This document shows positions 35,957 to 47,346 of a stretch of DNA of 64,000 nt, piece by piece. The DNA is from a virus, in IMG/VR virus record IMGVR_UViG_3300036760_000150, positions 82,674 through 146,673 of that record; one strand, written 5' to 3'. Numbering within the stretch: position 1 is the stretch's first letter; each line of letters begins with the position of its first letter. The translations under genes were made by a program, and so were the position numbers. The notes under the pieces were generated by a model. The model had not been told where the DNA came from. It was given only the letters and a program-made list of their open reading frames with translations, and ran no database searches.

Positions 35957-36391
35957 TCATCCGCTTAACCTCTCTGTTAGTTTGATCCAAGACTTCTTTG
36001 GGTCGTCCTTGTCGAAGTGGAAGAACTCACCTTTGAACTTCTTGCCCCACTGCTTGATGTCGTCATCTACCAGTATGTCTCCCAGCAGCAGTCCTTTGTC
36101 GCATGTAAGCATGATACGTTTTAACAGGTATGGGAAGTGCTCTTGTACCCACTTGTACTTCTCTATGGTGCTCCATAAGTTCTTGGTGGATGGTTTGGTG
36201 GCTATGTAGAGCTTGAAGTGGCTTTGTTTAAGTGCCCAGTCCACGAATTCTTTAGCACCCTTGTGAGGCTCAAGGTTCCTGAAGAAGCCCTTGACGAACA
36301 TCTCTGGAGGATCTTTGACTATCTCCTTGAGAGATCCCTCGAAGTCAGCCAGCACACCGTCAAGGTCGAGGAAAACAGTGAGCTTCCTCAC
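35957..36391 (-). CDS. 5'(3')-deoxyribonucleotidase (NT5C-like HAD)
   Basis: FLDLDGVLADF...FFRNLEP...EKYKWV...DILVDD. Confidence 0.88.
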   Translation of the reverse strand: MRKLTVFLDLDGVLADFEGSLKEIVKDPPEMFVKGFFRNLEPHKGAKEFVDWALKQSHFKLYIATKPSTKNLWSTIEKYKWVQEHFPYLLKRIMLTCDKGLLLGDILVDDDIKQWGKKFKGEFFHFDKDDPKKSWIKLTERLSG

Positions 36392-36940
36392 GGATCTCCT
36401 CCTCCAGGGTCTAGTAGACGTAAGGCTGTTGCTTGTATGTCACTTAGCTTCTGAAGTGCATCGATATGGTTTATAAGCTTGCCCATGTCACGTTTAGCAC
36501 ATGCCACGAAGATGCCGTCGTCGTAGTGCCACATATCTGCACCTCGTTTGGTGCCCTCATGTTTGCTGAGGCTAGGGCGAGGTTTCTCAAGCACCACGTA
36601 GAAAGGGATGTTTGCCGTGCCGGTCCATTTATCTTCTGGCGCAGCCTTCTCCCAACGTAGTTTTATGTCTCTGAACTCTTCCTCGGTCATCCTGCCTCCT
36701 TAAATATCCTCTGCCTTCAGGCTGCTGGTTAACTTCATATTTATCCAGTCCTTCATGTAGGTCAGCTCTGCGTTGGCATACTTCATGGCTTTGGCTTTTG
36801 ATAGCAGCCTGATCTTGACCTTATCGTCGACCATGGACTCGGCCATCAGGAACGCGCTCACGATGCTTTGCTCGTTCGCCGCTATGCGACGATCCAGTTT
36901 GTTCAGTACAGCGTTAACTTTTTTGCTCATAGTGTACATG

Positions 36941-37534
36941 TTAGTCCCTCCTCAGTAGCTTGTCAACAGCCCACTGTAGCTTCCATTGGATGGTTCGGTG
37001 GTACCGCCAGTAGAACCTAGATATGTTGTACCAGATCGCCCTCTTTATTCTAGTAAGTTTTTTTTGTAAAGAACTAGACTTGAGGTACCTCTCCACCTTG
37101 AACATGTCTCTGGCAGTGAAGCCGTTGTACGGGTCGGTCAAGAACAAGTTGCCCATGTATGGGTTCATGTCTCTGTCGTCGTCCAGTATGATGATATCTT
37201 CTGACTCAACAGGCACGTGGAACATCCTCAGGAAGGACCTGATCTCGTGTCCACGGTGCCCACCTCTCAAGGCTGGTGTAACACCGACAACTCGTGGGCC
37301 TATCTTGGGGCCTAGTATGTCTCTAAGCTCTGCCAGGGGATGGCCAAGGCGCCATGTAGAAGACACGACGACACTGATATCCTTGTTCTTCTCAAGCAGG
37401 TGTGCTAGAAGTGACATAGCCACTGGGTCAAGCTCATGCCTAGGGGCACGTTCAGCATCGGAGTTAACCTGATGGTGTATGCAGCCGCCAGCAGTGAACA
37501 AGACTCCGTCGATGTCAAGGAACAGAAGTTTCAT
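36941..37534 (-). CDS. HAD domain of the Swiss-Army-Knife RNA-repair type
   Basis: LFLDIDGVL...VVSSTWR...RGHEI...IILDDD. Confidence 0.82.
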   Translation of the reverse strand: MKLLFLDIDGVLFTAGGCIHHQVNSDAERAPRHELDPVAMSLLAHLLEKNKDISVVVSSTWRLGHPLAELRDILGPKIGPRVVGVTPALRGGHRGHEIRSFLRMFHVPVESEDIIILDDDRDMNPYMGNLFLTDPYNGFTARDMFKVERYLKSSSLQKKLTRIKRAIWYNISRFYWRYHRTIQWKLQWAVDKLLRRD

Positions 37535-38257
37535 CTGTATCTTTCTTTATGATGGACGATAACCTCATGATGTAACCATACTGCGAGAATTCGTAGTGGT
37601 TAAAGGTGAAACTGTGATTGATACATTCCAATTCGTTGCAGCTGATAAATTTGCTGATACTTCGGTACCATTTTTTTGTTGTCTCAACCTGCTCCAGAGT
37701 CCTACATGATCCTAGCACCTTAAGCACGTACTTGAACTTGTCCTTGTTACTCATTTTTTACATCTCGGTTTTATACGACCGTTCAGTAGGTATGCCAGTG
37801 CATCTTTCAGTTGTCGGAATGTTTCTATGCCGAACAATATATGTTCGGCATCAAGCATGTCGTTGTCTCGTAGGTATATGTTGCCTAATTTGTTGTCGCA
37901 CTCATCATCCTTCCAGTATACCTGGTAGTAGTCACCGTAGTCTTCAACTCGTATGGTTACTTTTACCTTAATCATTCGACGTCTTTAGGAAACAGTATAG
38001 AGAATATCCCTATTCTGGGGCTAAACATGCCACCGTTGCCATCTTTTTTTCTGGCTTCTTCTTCGGTGTTATGTACATGTTTACCGTATGGTATATAATA
38101 TTCGCCATCGCCACCTTGTAGTACAGTCACATACCCCGTCTTACCAGACCATCGTTTGCATACATTGTCATCTATTTGGATGTAGAATTCGGTAGGTTGA
38201 TCTTCCATCTTCGGGTACGTTTTTGGCAACGTTAATAGAAAGTTCATCTGTTTCTCC

Positions 38258-38779
38258 TTACTCATCGTCTTCCTCTCGATGATGATGCTCGTTAGTTATC
38301 TGTCCATCGCTTGTGATAGTGAACGTGCAATGGTCATCGTCGGTTGTGGAGTATGTTCCGGGTGACAGTACCGACAACCTAGTGTTGTTGCCGTTGAACT
38401 TGTCTGACAGAGAGGCCAGGATGATGCCGTTGTACAACCTCAACAGTACCTCATCGTTCACTCCTGATGCGTCACCACATGGGTTGATAAGCTCGGTGGT
38501 CATGTAAGGGCTAGATGCTACGCCAAGGCCGTCTTTACCATCTTGACCGTCAAGACCGTTGCATATCTCCTGCGACATGATGTTGCTGTCTGACCCTATG
38601 TCCAACCGCCCGTTGTCGTTCGTGTCGACAGCTGTAAGTAGTGTTACCCCGCCGTTGGAGCAGCTGGCAGCCGTAGGTGCAGTTGACACAACTGCGTTGT
38701 GGCCGTTGCCACCAGTACCACCTACCTGAGGTGTACATGCCGTTAGCATGAGTGTTGTAAGTATCAACAATGACTTCAT
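38258..38779 (-). CDS. Lipoprotein with a CxNGG...DxNxNG..D module and collagen-like triplets
   Basis: Lipobox LTAC; CSNGG...DTNDNGRLD...ICNGLDGQDGKDG. Confidence 0.75.
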   Translation of the reverse strand: MKSLLILTTLMLTACTPQVGGTGGNGHNAVVSTAPTAASCSNGGVTLLTAVDTNDNGRLDIGSDSNIMSQEICNGLDGQDGKDGLGVASSPYMTTELINPCGDASGVNDEVLLRLYNGIILASLSDKFNGNNTRLSVLSPGTYSTTDDDHCTFTITSDGQITNEHHHREEDDE

Positions 38780-40062
38780 TTATCTACCCTTTCCTACGCT
38801 AAGCTTTTTGGCAAGTTTGGCGCGCTCTTTCTTGGACGCGAAACCGCCAGCGTCCAACCTTGCAAGCTGTTGTTGAGGTGTGCACCTGGAAGCCTCAGCT
38901 TGGCGAACCTTCGCCTCTTCATGCTTCTTCTGTTTCAATTGCGCAGCGATCCCTTTCTTACGACTGTTGTCTTTTGGGCCTTTATTGAGCAAGCTCATGT
39001 ATCCTCCTAGTTTTTTATCCTCTTCCCGGTGTGTCTTCTCGCAAACCCAGATGGCAGCCTTGACAAGTGTCAACAACAACTCAGAGAGCATTGAGCTTTA
39101 TCATCGTTGCGTTGAGCTGTCGACGAGCGAACTGTATCTTCTTGCGGTCTGACTGTCGACGTTCAGGAACGCCGTTGATGATATGGTCAAGGTTCGTCGT
39201 CATCTCGATGAACTGTTGGTAACCCTTGATAGCCTTCTTCAAGTTCTCTGTCTTAGACATTCGTTCCTCCTGTTTGTGGTACCCCGAGGTACTTGTGATC
39301 CTTAAAATTTCGTTGGTGCGACCCTTTCTTGTTGAGCCAAAGGGGTGCAGATAAGTCCAGTTGGGTTGATGACCATCACTAGGTCCAGCTTGTCTGAGTA
39401 ATGAGTTCTGATCACCACGTTTCTCATTATATTGTTCCTCACCTCAACTATCTCAACTCTAACTTGAGAGAAGTCCACGTGACTTGGCGGAGTTATCACC
39501 CCATGTCTGTCGAGAAGCTCTCCCCTGGCATGGTCGCTGAGCTTTAGTCTGACAGGCGCTGTTGGGAACTCACACCTCGGCAACCCCTTGAGCAGGTGGT
39601 ACCTGCCATTCCTGTACGATCCAACAAGCTTCATCGTTCTAACTTGCAGGAGTAGATCGTATCCCCTGTCTGTTCGTTCATCTGAACGTAGTAGAATCCT
39701 AAACTGTCGTATCCTGCTGATCGTCCAGGACCTCTGCTCTTTTGGCAGTGACCTTCAAAACCAAGGCCGCTGCTTTTTACAAGTGTGACTCTGTTGCCAC
39801 CAGAGGCTACCTTCAGTGCTGCCATGATCTTTGGTTTGCGTGGATCTGTAGATTTCACATGTCTAGACATTTTTCACCTCTTCGTTCTCTATCATAAACG
39901 CGACGTCTGCACCGTCGTCCATGGTCACGTCAGCGCTCATCATGGTACTTTTAAGCACCATCTCTGTCACCTGTTTGAGGGCATTCTTGAGTGACCCTCC
40001 CCTGGTCACGTCGATCTCTATCTTGAGCTTCATACACGCTTCCTTCAAGGGGAAGGCAGCCC

Positions 40063-41025
40063 TTAGGCTGCCACCGCCATCGCCACTGCAGTCTCAAGTG
40101 CACGTTTGTTGAGCTGAGCACTCTGTCCGAACCACATCTGGTCGAGTCGAATAGCGTTGTCTTCACCACGGACAAACTGGAGATACTCGTTCACCGAGTT
40201 GTATGCTCCCCAAAGTGTACCTTTGACGCCGGGAAGGTCGTTGCCACGGCCCTTCTCGAAGATAGGTTGCACAGCGGCCAAGATCCGTTTGTTGTTGATG
40301 TCGGCGACATCGCCGCCAGCTTCGATGATCTTCTTGTTGGAGTTGAACACCAGCTTCACGTACCTCTCGAAGTCTTTCTGGTTGATCTGACGTGACGCAA
40401 GCGCACGGTACTGGGCTGCTGTGGCCTCGAACTCAGCGTTGGCCAAGTTCATGATACCACGGATGTCTTCGAGGTTCTGGGTGACGTTCTTCGTGTGGCG
40501 GACTCGGATGAGCTTTGATCCTTCATGTCCGTGAGCCATGGCCAATGTGTTAGCGCACACGACCCTCACAGGAGTGAAACCGACTCGGACGGCGAGTGTG
40601 CCATCGTGGCTGTTCGACAGCAGGACGTACTTCTCGACGGCGTCACCTTTGACGATCTCGGTTGGGTCGAGGGCCAACTTAGCAAGGACGAACACACGTT
40701 GTCCACCACGAAGCGAACCTGCAGTCTCGATGGCAGCCTGCTTCTCGTCGATGAATGGACGGAAGAAGTTGAAGGCGTCGGTGTTCTGGAGTGGGACGTA
40801 GGCTGGACCGACCACGCCCAAGATCTTGTTGTCAGACGACCTGCGTGTGGCCAGGGCAGGAAGCTCTTCCTGGGTGCCAGAGAACACCTTCTCTGTGGTC
40901 ACCTTCCAGTCGAGACCGGCAGCGATGATGGCCTCGTCTAGGGTGGGAGGTTCTGTGAACCGTTGACCGAGATTGTGCCAAGGAACATTACCAACATACA
41001 TGATCTGTTCTACTTCGTGTGCCAT
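40063..41025 (-). CDS. DUF932/DUF945-family phage/plasmid protein
   Basis: PWHNLG...LDW...LQN...ETAGSLRGG...LLSNSHDG...TPVRVVCANTL...GTLWGAYNSV. Confidence 0.9.
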   Translation of the reverse strand: MAHEVEQIMYVGNVPWHNLGQRFTEPPTLDEAIIAAGLDWKVTTEKVFSGTQEELPALATRRSSDNKILGVVGPAYVPLQNTDAFNFFRPFIDEKQAAIETAGSLRGGQRVFVLAKLALDPTEIVKGDAVEKYVLLSNSHDGTLAVRVGFTPVRVVCANTLAMAHGHEGSKLIRVRHTKNVTQNLEDIRGIMNLANAEFEATAAQYRALASRQINQKDFERYVKLVFNSNKKIIEAGGDVADINNKRILAAVQPIFEKGRGNDLPGVKGTLWGAYNSVNEYLQFVRGEDNAIRLDQMWFGQSAQLNKRALETAVAMAVAA

Positions 41026-41079
41026 CTTGAACCTCCTAGAAATGGTTATAGGAACATTGTACAGTCAACCGGGTAAGAT

Positions 41080-41096
41080 TGCAACCATCATGCCAA
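41080..41096 (-). promoter_or_regulatory. sigma54 (-24/-12) promoter
   Basis: TTGGCATGATGGTTGCA on the - strand versus consensus YTGGCACG-N4-TTGCW; 55 nt upstream of the DUF932 start, which has an AGGAGG RBS. Confidence 0.65.
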
Positions 41097-41216
41097 CCTG
41101 AAGTCGTTTTATACGCATAAAAACGACCACAATGTAGACGTTGCCTACTTTATACGCATAAACATCGAATTTTAAGTTGAAACAATTACTTAGATTGGTT
41201 TGGCGACATGTTGTGC

Positions 41217-43298
41217 CTAAACGTTCGCCACCGTTGTGTCGACGACCACTACTGGGGTATCGTCCACCTTGAACGATGGTATACCGTTCCACGGAGCCAT
41301 GAGCATGACAGCGCTAAGATCCGGCATCTCCTCCACGTATCGCCTGACCTGTCTGTAGACGTCGGCCCTCTTCTGTGAGTTGACCTTGAGTTCTATGGCG
41401 ATCTTCTCGCCGTGGCGGCTGACCATGAAATCAAGCCTACTCCTGCTGGTTATCTTGACCTCTCGTTCAACAACAGCGTCTGGCACCAAGCCGGGCAATA
41501 CCTTAGACAAAGCCTCCTGCATCTCTTTCTCGTTGTTTGTAGGCAGCCTTACTCGTCTGAGAGCCTGTGCAACGTCTCCTATGAGACCGACCTCAGGGAC
41601 TGGCTCTGGTATATCCTCCCCGATCTTCTTTAGGTACTCCTTGGCCATGTCACGCACCCTGTCCACGTTGAACCCAGCATCCCTGAGGATCTCTGCCTGA
41701 CCATCTTTACCTTCAACCAGGCCGTCATGCTGGCTGCGCTTGACGCCTAGGATCTTCATCATGAATGGGTCGGAGCCGTCTGGTATGGTGATATAGAATG
41801 CTTGAACTGGTTTTGTCTGACCGTCACGGTCCAGCCTGGAGACAACTTGGTCCATCACGTGTGGACTCCAGTCAAGCTCTCCGAACACAACAGTCGAGCA
41901 CGCTCTCTGGAGACCGTCTAGACCAGCACCACTTCTTAGGCTGATGATGAACACCCTAGCCTCACCTTCCACGAACTCCTTAACTGCTTTGTCTTTCTGT
42001 GCGGCAGACTCGCTGCCTGTGTACATGACAGGGTTGTAGGATGCAAGCTCTTTAAGCCAAACATCATAGCAATCCCTGTGCCATCCAGCCAAGACAACCT
42101 TGTCGCCTCCGTCTAGGACCATCTTCATGAACTCCGCCACCGGTTTAGCCTTGGCTACCCCTGTGGCGTGACGTAGCTTCCAGTCGAACTCCCTCGCACT
42201 CTCGCTGCTGTCTGTGACGTTTCCACTGAGAACGCTGATAGCTAGTAATTTCGCCACATCCTCGACTTCTTTAAGCTTGTCTATGTCGGCGTCGACCGTG
42301 TATACGTGTTTGGCGCAGTCACCGAACTTCAGTCCAGCCTCCTCTGGTGTCCTGCGGAGCATGAGTCCTTGACTCTTGAGGTAACTATGTAAGATGCTTG
42401 GTTCTGTCACTTTTCCCCATGTGCACCACTCGTCCATGAAGTCGTACTCTTCCCCTAGACACCCTTCTTTTATCACGTCGAGCACGCTCCATATCTCAGA
42501 GCCGTAGTTGTAGATGGGAGTACCTGTGAGGCCAAGGCAGTACTTCATGTTGTTAGATATCATCTTGCACAAGTTACGCTTGGCAGTGCCTGTGTGTCTC
42601 AGCTCGTGAGCCTCGTCTAATATCAGTGTTTTAACCTGTTTTGACAATGGTACCAGGACGTCTTGCCACGGTGCTAGCCTGTTGTAGCTAGTGACCACTA
42701 CGTCTACCTGTGGAAGCTCGTAGTTCTTGAACCCTTTTATGATATGCGTTGTGACTTCTGGAAGAAATCGTTTGATCTCCCTGTCCCACTGGGTGCATAG
42801 GTATGGAGGTACGACGATTATCGCCGGTCTACGCTCTGGCTCACATAGTGTAGATATCGCACTGGCCGTTTTACCTAACCCCATTCTATCAGCCAGAAGC
42901 ATCCTGCCCATCTTGGCGAACATGTTGTTGAACTTGACCTGGTGATCTCTTAGTGGTAGAGCAAGCTTAAGAGCTTCTTCGCTTATCTTGTAGACTCCGT
43001 CTTTATGAGAGTTGATGACAGCGTCTATTATCTTGTCGTACTCTTCACTCTTTGATGTGATCTGATGTAAGTCTGACTCGCTGATCTGCAGGTTGTACCT
43101 CTGCAGTATCCATGTGATATCTTTGGCTGCGTTCATGGTAAGCGGGAATGATATAGGCTTGTGGGTGAACTTACCTTGGTCGAAGTGAGGTTTGGCGTTG
43201 TCGAACAGTTTGCGAAGCCGCATCATTATGTGAGGTTCGGCATCCACAACAAGTCTACAATCTTGGTTGTCTAAGTAGACAACACCTTGGTAGTTCAT
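41217..43298 (-). CDS. SNF2-family helicase with a C-terminal PD-(D/E)xK nuclease-like domain
   Basis: LLADRMGLGKT, ILDEAH, GLTGTP, GAGLDGLQ, QVVSRLDRDGQ; C-terminal EREV...LDF...IELK...QVRRY. Confidence 0.88.
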   Translation of the reverse strand: MNYQGVVYLDNQDCRLVVDAEPHIMMRLRKLFDNAKPHFDQGKFTHKPISFPLTMNAAKDITWILQRYNLQISESDLHQITSKSEEYDKIIDAVINSHKDGVYKISEEALKLALPLRDHQVKFNNMFAKMGRMLLADRMGLGKTASAISTLCEPERRPAIIVVPPYLCTQWDREIKRFLPEVTTHIIKGFKNYELPQVDVVVTSYNRLAPWQDVLVPLSKQVKTLILDEAHELRHTGTAKRNLCKMISNNMKYCLGLTGTPIYNYGSEIWSVLDVIKEGCLGEEYDFMDEWCTWGKVTEPSILHSYLKSQGLMLRRTPEEAGLKFGDCAKHVYTVDADIDKLKEVEDVAKLLAISVLSGNVTDSSESAREFDWKLRHATGVAKAKPVAEFMKMVLDGGDKVVLAGWHRDCYDVWLKELASYNPVMYTGSESAAQKDKAVKEFVEGEARVFIISLRSGAGLDGLQRACSTVVFGELDWSPHVMDQVVSRLDRDGQTKPVQAFYITIPDGSDPFMMKILGVKRSQHDGLVEGKDGQAEILRDAGFNVDRVRDMAKEYLKKIGEDIPEPVPEVGLIGDVAQALRRVRLPTNNEKEMQEALSKVLPGLVPDAVVEREVKITSRSRLDFMVSRHGEKIAIELKVNSQKRADVYRQVRRYVEEMPDLSAVMLMAPWNGIPSFKVDDTPVVVVDTTVANV

Positions 43299-43552
43299 CA
43301 GGTTAACCTGTTCGCCAACTCTATAGCTTCTTTGGCTAGCGGATGTCTTTCATCGAAGTCGACGCAAGGAGAGGTTTCATCTTCCTTAAGAAGTTCGAGT
43401 GCTCGTCCCATGATATACCAACTTTTTTCTAGGCCATCGTAAGACGCGTCGCTGAGGTAAGGTTTGCATGCTATGTAGTATGCGTACTTGGCAGCTAAGA
43501 GTTTAACCGTGGCGTCGTGGTACAACGACTGGCAGAAATCCTTCTCTACCAT
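43298..43552 (-). CDS. Stand-alone NAD-dependent DNA ligase N-terminal (domain Ia)-like protein
   Basis: AYY...PYLSDASYD.L...SP corresponds to the LigA YY..D.P.I.D.EYD motif. Confidence 0.6.
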   Translation of the reverse strand: MVEKDFCQSLYHDATVKLLAAKYAYYIACKPYLSDASYDGLEKSWYIMGRALELLKEDETSPCVDFDERHPLAKEAIELANRLT

Positions 43553-44410
43553 GATCCTATTTTTGAACGATATCTCTCTCTCGACTTCTTGTTGATTTAT
43601 GATGGTATACCACCTTCCTTGTAACGTCTTATGCCTCGAAAACCCTTCATATCAGGACCGTCTACTGTGTGAAACTTACCGCTTCTCTGTATAAACCAAC
43701 CTTTATACCATGTTTGACCAGTGGTGTCACATGTGAAATCGTTAAGTTTGACACAACTGACGATCTTCATCCATCCTCTTATCCTACCACGCCATACGAT
43801 GAAGCACCTATCTCCTGCGTTGACGTTTGGTTTGAATGGTACTCTGTAGTTCATAACATAAGATCCATCGGATACATGATTCAATTCTTTCTGGTAATCT
43901 TCCCATTTCACGGTTTGCGGTATGGTTATAACCCAATCAACTACAGGATTATCATTTGAATTTTTCTGTTTCAAGTTTACTGCTCGTCCTTGTCGTTGAT
44001 GTCCCACACGTAGTTGCACAGGTTGCATATGCATATGACGCCATACGGTAACACCTCTGTGGTGACCACTGAGTTCTTACATCTTGGACAGTACAAAAGT
44101 TTCATCTTCTCTTTCTTCCAGGACGAGTGTCCCACAACATACCGTTACGTATGTAGTTTCTCAGCTCCTCAAGCTCCTTCACCACAACTAGTTCTGACTC
44201 GCTCATCTTGGCGAGCCAACCTGGCCTGAAGACCGGATCGTACTTGCTTGTTATGAGCGATAGCCTATGATCTATAGTTGCCACGATCTTCCTCTTAGTA
44301 TCGAAGAACACGTCAGAGCGTGCGCTCATTTCCCAAATTCTTCTTCGAGTTGTCTGCATCGTCTGTAGAGGCTCTTCACCTGCTTCTTTTTGTCGTTCAA
44401 GGTTAATTTA

Positions 44411-44857
44411 TCAGAGAGGAGTACGTCTCGTATCCTGTCTGGGATAATATTTAACTTCTTTGACATCTATATTTCCCTCAAGTGTGATTCGTTCGGCGGA
44501 GACGTCGCGCTGAAGAGCTGCCTCTTCAGTGAACTGTGTGCCATATCGTTTCATGAGTTTAGCCGCGTTTGCAGCCATAGCTTCTTCAAAAGATGATCCT
44601 AGTGTGTCAAGCGTTCTGGCTAGATACCACAGTATATCACCCGATTCTTCTATGAGGTTTACTTTGTCAAGTTCTTTACCGTAGGCTATGTATTTCTTCA
44701 GTGCATCTTGTAGCTCGCCCAACTCTGTGCACATGCCAATTGAGTAATGAATTAGAGCTGCAACGTCTCCATTACAGAGACGCTCCTTCACCACTTGGTA
44801 GTCTGATCTATCAAGTTTCTTTGCAGCTTTCATGAACGAGTTGTTATCCATTCGCAC
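44411..44857 (-). CDS. MazG-like NTP pyrophosphohydrolase
   Basis: GMCTELGELQDALKK...IEESGDILWY...N..KL..RY. Confidence 0.88.
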   Translation of the reverse strand: MRMDNNSFMKAAKKLDRSDYQVVKERLCNGDVAALIHYSIGMCTELGELQDALKKYIAYGKELDKVNLIEESGDILWYLARTLDTLGSSFEEAMAANAAKLMKRYGTQFTEEAALQRDVSAERITLEGNIDVKEVKYYPRQDTRRTPL

Positions 44858-45777
44858 CTCTCGCCTTGGTTCTTAGCCAAGATCCACCACGTTTAGTCAT
44901 GATATGTATGCATTTTCTACAGGTTATGTCGCTGCTGTCATGTGGGTTGATTGTCCCGTATTTTTGGCCACACAACAGAAGGTATGCTGGGCTACGCCAC
45001 CGCCAATGGTGCAGTTTCTTCACAATCTCTTCGTCTCCGTTATCTCGGGCATCTTGGCAGCCTCAGCAGCGTACACTGTTATGGTGACCTGGTTGGCTGA
45101 CATGTCGTTGGTTTGAATCATCAGTCTGTTGCGATCGTCGAACTCAAGTCCGATCTGCACCGCGTAGACTTTGTTCTTCATGTACTCCAACGCCTTCTCA
45201 AGGTCTTTTACGTTGAACTTGGTCATCTTCGACACCTATGTTCCCATGTCATGTGTTTGGCACCGCATCTAGGACAAGTGAAAGGTAAAGGTACAATTTT
45301 AACCCAACTGTCTGTGGAGATCAGCACCCTCATCTCTTCCACACCTCAAAGGTGTAGACTTTCATCTTGTCACACTTCTGCACGTTTGCAAGTGTGATCT
45401 TCATTGGCATGTCGCAGAACAGTAGCTCATTACCTCGATGCATCGATTTCTCGGCCTCTAGGATGACTTGGTCCAAACTCCAGTCGTAATTATCTGAGAA
45501 GTCGAACGTATACAAGGGCTTGTCATCCTCTGTCTTTTGACCAAGCAGGTAGTTTAATATAGTATCTAACATACTCACGACAGCTCCTTGATTTCTACCT
45601 TAGCGTCGTCGTAGGTGTTCACCTGGGTGTTGTGTGACTTGATGTAGAAGTTGTTGGTGGTGTCACCTCTGAAGTTGTCGGTGATCCTTTTGAAGTGTCT
45701 AGGCAGGTCGAGTATGAACGCTCCCCATGCAAGTGTCTGTAAGATGCTAAGAGTGATGGTGACAAACAAGAAGATCT

Positions 45778-46149
45778 TCATAACTGTCCTCTCCACCAGC
45801 CAGCATACTTGGTCTGCTCTCTCTCTTCCATCTTCTTCACGACTTGCTCCATCCTCAGACCGCCAGCGGGGTTGTAGGTGATGAGCATGATCTCCTTGGG
45901 GCAGTAGAACGGCTTCTCCTCAAGGAAACACATGATGTCGTACCCTGTCTTGGGGCCTCCTAAGTCGTGGTCTAGCAGTAGTAAGTCCCAGCGGCCTTCC
46001 TCTTGTAAGAGTTCAAGGCCTTCCTCAAAAGTGCGGGCTACCTGTACCTCTTCCTCTGTGAATCGTCTTGCTGGGTCGTCCCAGTGTTGACCAGGCTTTG
46101 GTACCCAGTTAACCTCTTTGGTGTCATCTATCATGAGAACGCGTTTCAT
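45778..46149 (-). CDS. Receiver-like domain of the cyclic-phosphate-processing type
   Basis: LMIDD...ART...LLLDHDLG..KTGYD...NPAG. Confidence 0.75.
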   Translation of the reverse strand: MKRVLMIDDTKEVNWVPKPGQHWDDPARRFTEEEVQVARTFEEGLELLQEEGRWDLLLLDHDLGGPKTGYDIMCFLEEKPFYCPKEIMLITYNPAGGLRMEQVVKKMEEREQTKYAGWWRGQL

Positions 46150-46168
46150 AACCGTACCTCTAGTGGAG

Positions 46169-46197
46169 AGGATACATCATCTACGGTGTAAAGTCAA
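46169..46197 (-). promoter_or_regulatory. sigma70-type promoter
   Basis: TTGACT-N17-TATCCT. Confidence 0.65.
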
Positions 46198-46716
46198 CAA
46201 GATGTAACTATTCATTTTTAAATGAATAGTTACATCTTTTAGATTCTTAGCCATCTGCCGATGGATCTGGCTAGGTAGAAGGACACGATGAATGCAGCAA
46301 ACTGAGGTGCAACCCCCATAGTCGCATCGACACCTAAGAGTAATATGCTTAGGACAACTACAGCAGCCCAGTTTGGAAGACATACGTAGGCGATCTCTTG
46401 GATCATACTTTTAGAGAAGTCTCCAACTCTACCTTTGAACAAGTCAGTAAGGTTCCCTTTGTATTGGTACCGTAGACCGGTGAGCACATCTTGCACCGTG
46501 GCTTCACTCAACTTCGCTTTTATATTGGCCACAGGAGCTTCGTCTGTGCCGCTCATCATGACGATGATCTCTCCCAATGCATGTTGGGTAACAGGGCCAA
46601 GTGGTACTTCAAGCTCGTTTTTGTCTCCTGTGAACGTAAGTTCAGTGTCACCAGAGACCGAGTCGAACGACGTGACGCCTTGTATGGTTACGCCAGTCTT
46701 GGTGACTATCTCTACC

Positions 46717-47346
46717 TTATGCCAGTCTGGGTGATTCTTGTTGAACAGCATGACTACCTCCTTCGACTAATTTGACTATGTCGTCTAGTTTTACCGGTCG
46801 ATAGCCATGCACGTCAACTCCGACGTTTATCATCCTCTTGTTGTCGCTGACCTTCCATGCATTGTGCACATGACCGTGTAGCAGGTACGTGTTTGGATCT
46901 CCGTCATCTATCAACTGCTCGTCGTACGATCGTTTGTCGACGTTGTGACTCTTGTACGGGAAGTGCGACATCCTGAACCTGTAGCCACCTTGCTCTATGG
47001 TGAGGGTGTTAAGCACCTTCTCGAAGCCTATGTCGAGCCATCTGTGCGGTTTGATATGCCAGTCGTGGTTACCTTGTATCAACACCTTGTGACCCTTGAG
47101 TTCTCGCAGGATCTCCTCAGCTTTCTTCACACCGCAGAACGCGAAGTCGCCTAAGATATACACAGTGTCGTCGTTGCTGACAGTTTGGTTGTAGTAGTTC
47201 ATCAGGGTGACGTTCATGTCACGAACAGACTCCTCGCTGACCTTCTCTGACTTGCGTTCCTCATCTGAGGCGAACGGCCTGTTGCAGTAGAGTATGACTC
47301 GACGGTGCCAGTAGTGCGGATCTGAGGTAAGGTAAATGTTACTCAT
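46717..47346 (-). CDS. Calcineurin-like metallophosphoesterase
   Basis: SDPH, LGDF, GNHD, SHFP, HGHVH, NVGVD. Confidence 0.92.
   Translation of the reverse strand: MSNIYLTSDPHYWHRRVILYCNRPFASDEERKSEKVSEESVRDMNVTLMNYYNQTVSNDDTVYILGDFAFCGVKKAEEILRELKGHKVLIQGNHDWHIKPHRWLDIGFEKVLNTLTIEQGGYRFRMSHFPYKSHNVDKRSYDEQLIDDGDPNTYLLHGHVHNAWKVSDNKRMINVGVDVHGYRPVKLDDIVKLVEGGSHAVQQESPRLA

Noticed and set aside
41065-41292. 75-aa - strand ORF
   Set aside because: It overlaps the helicase end and spans the promoter/operator region; no recognisable protein features.
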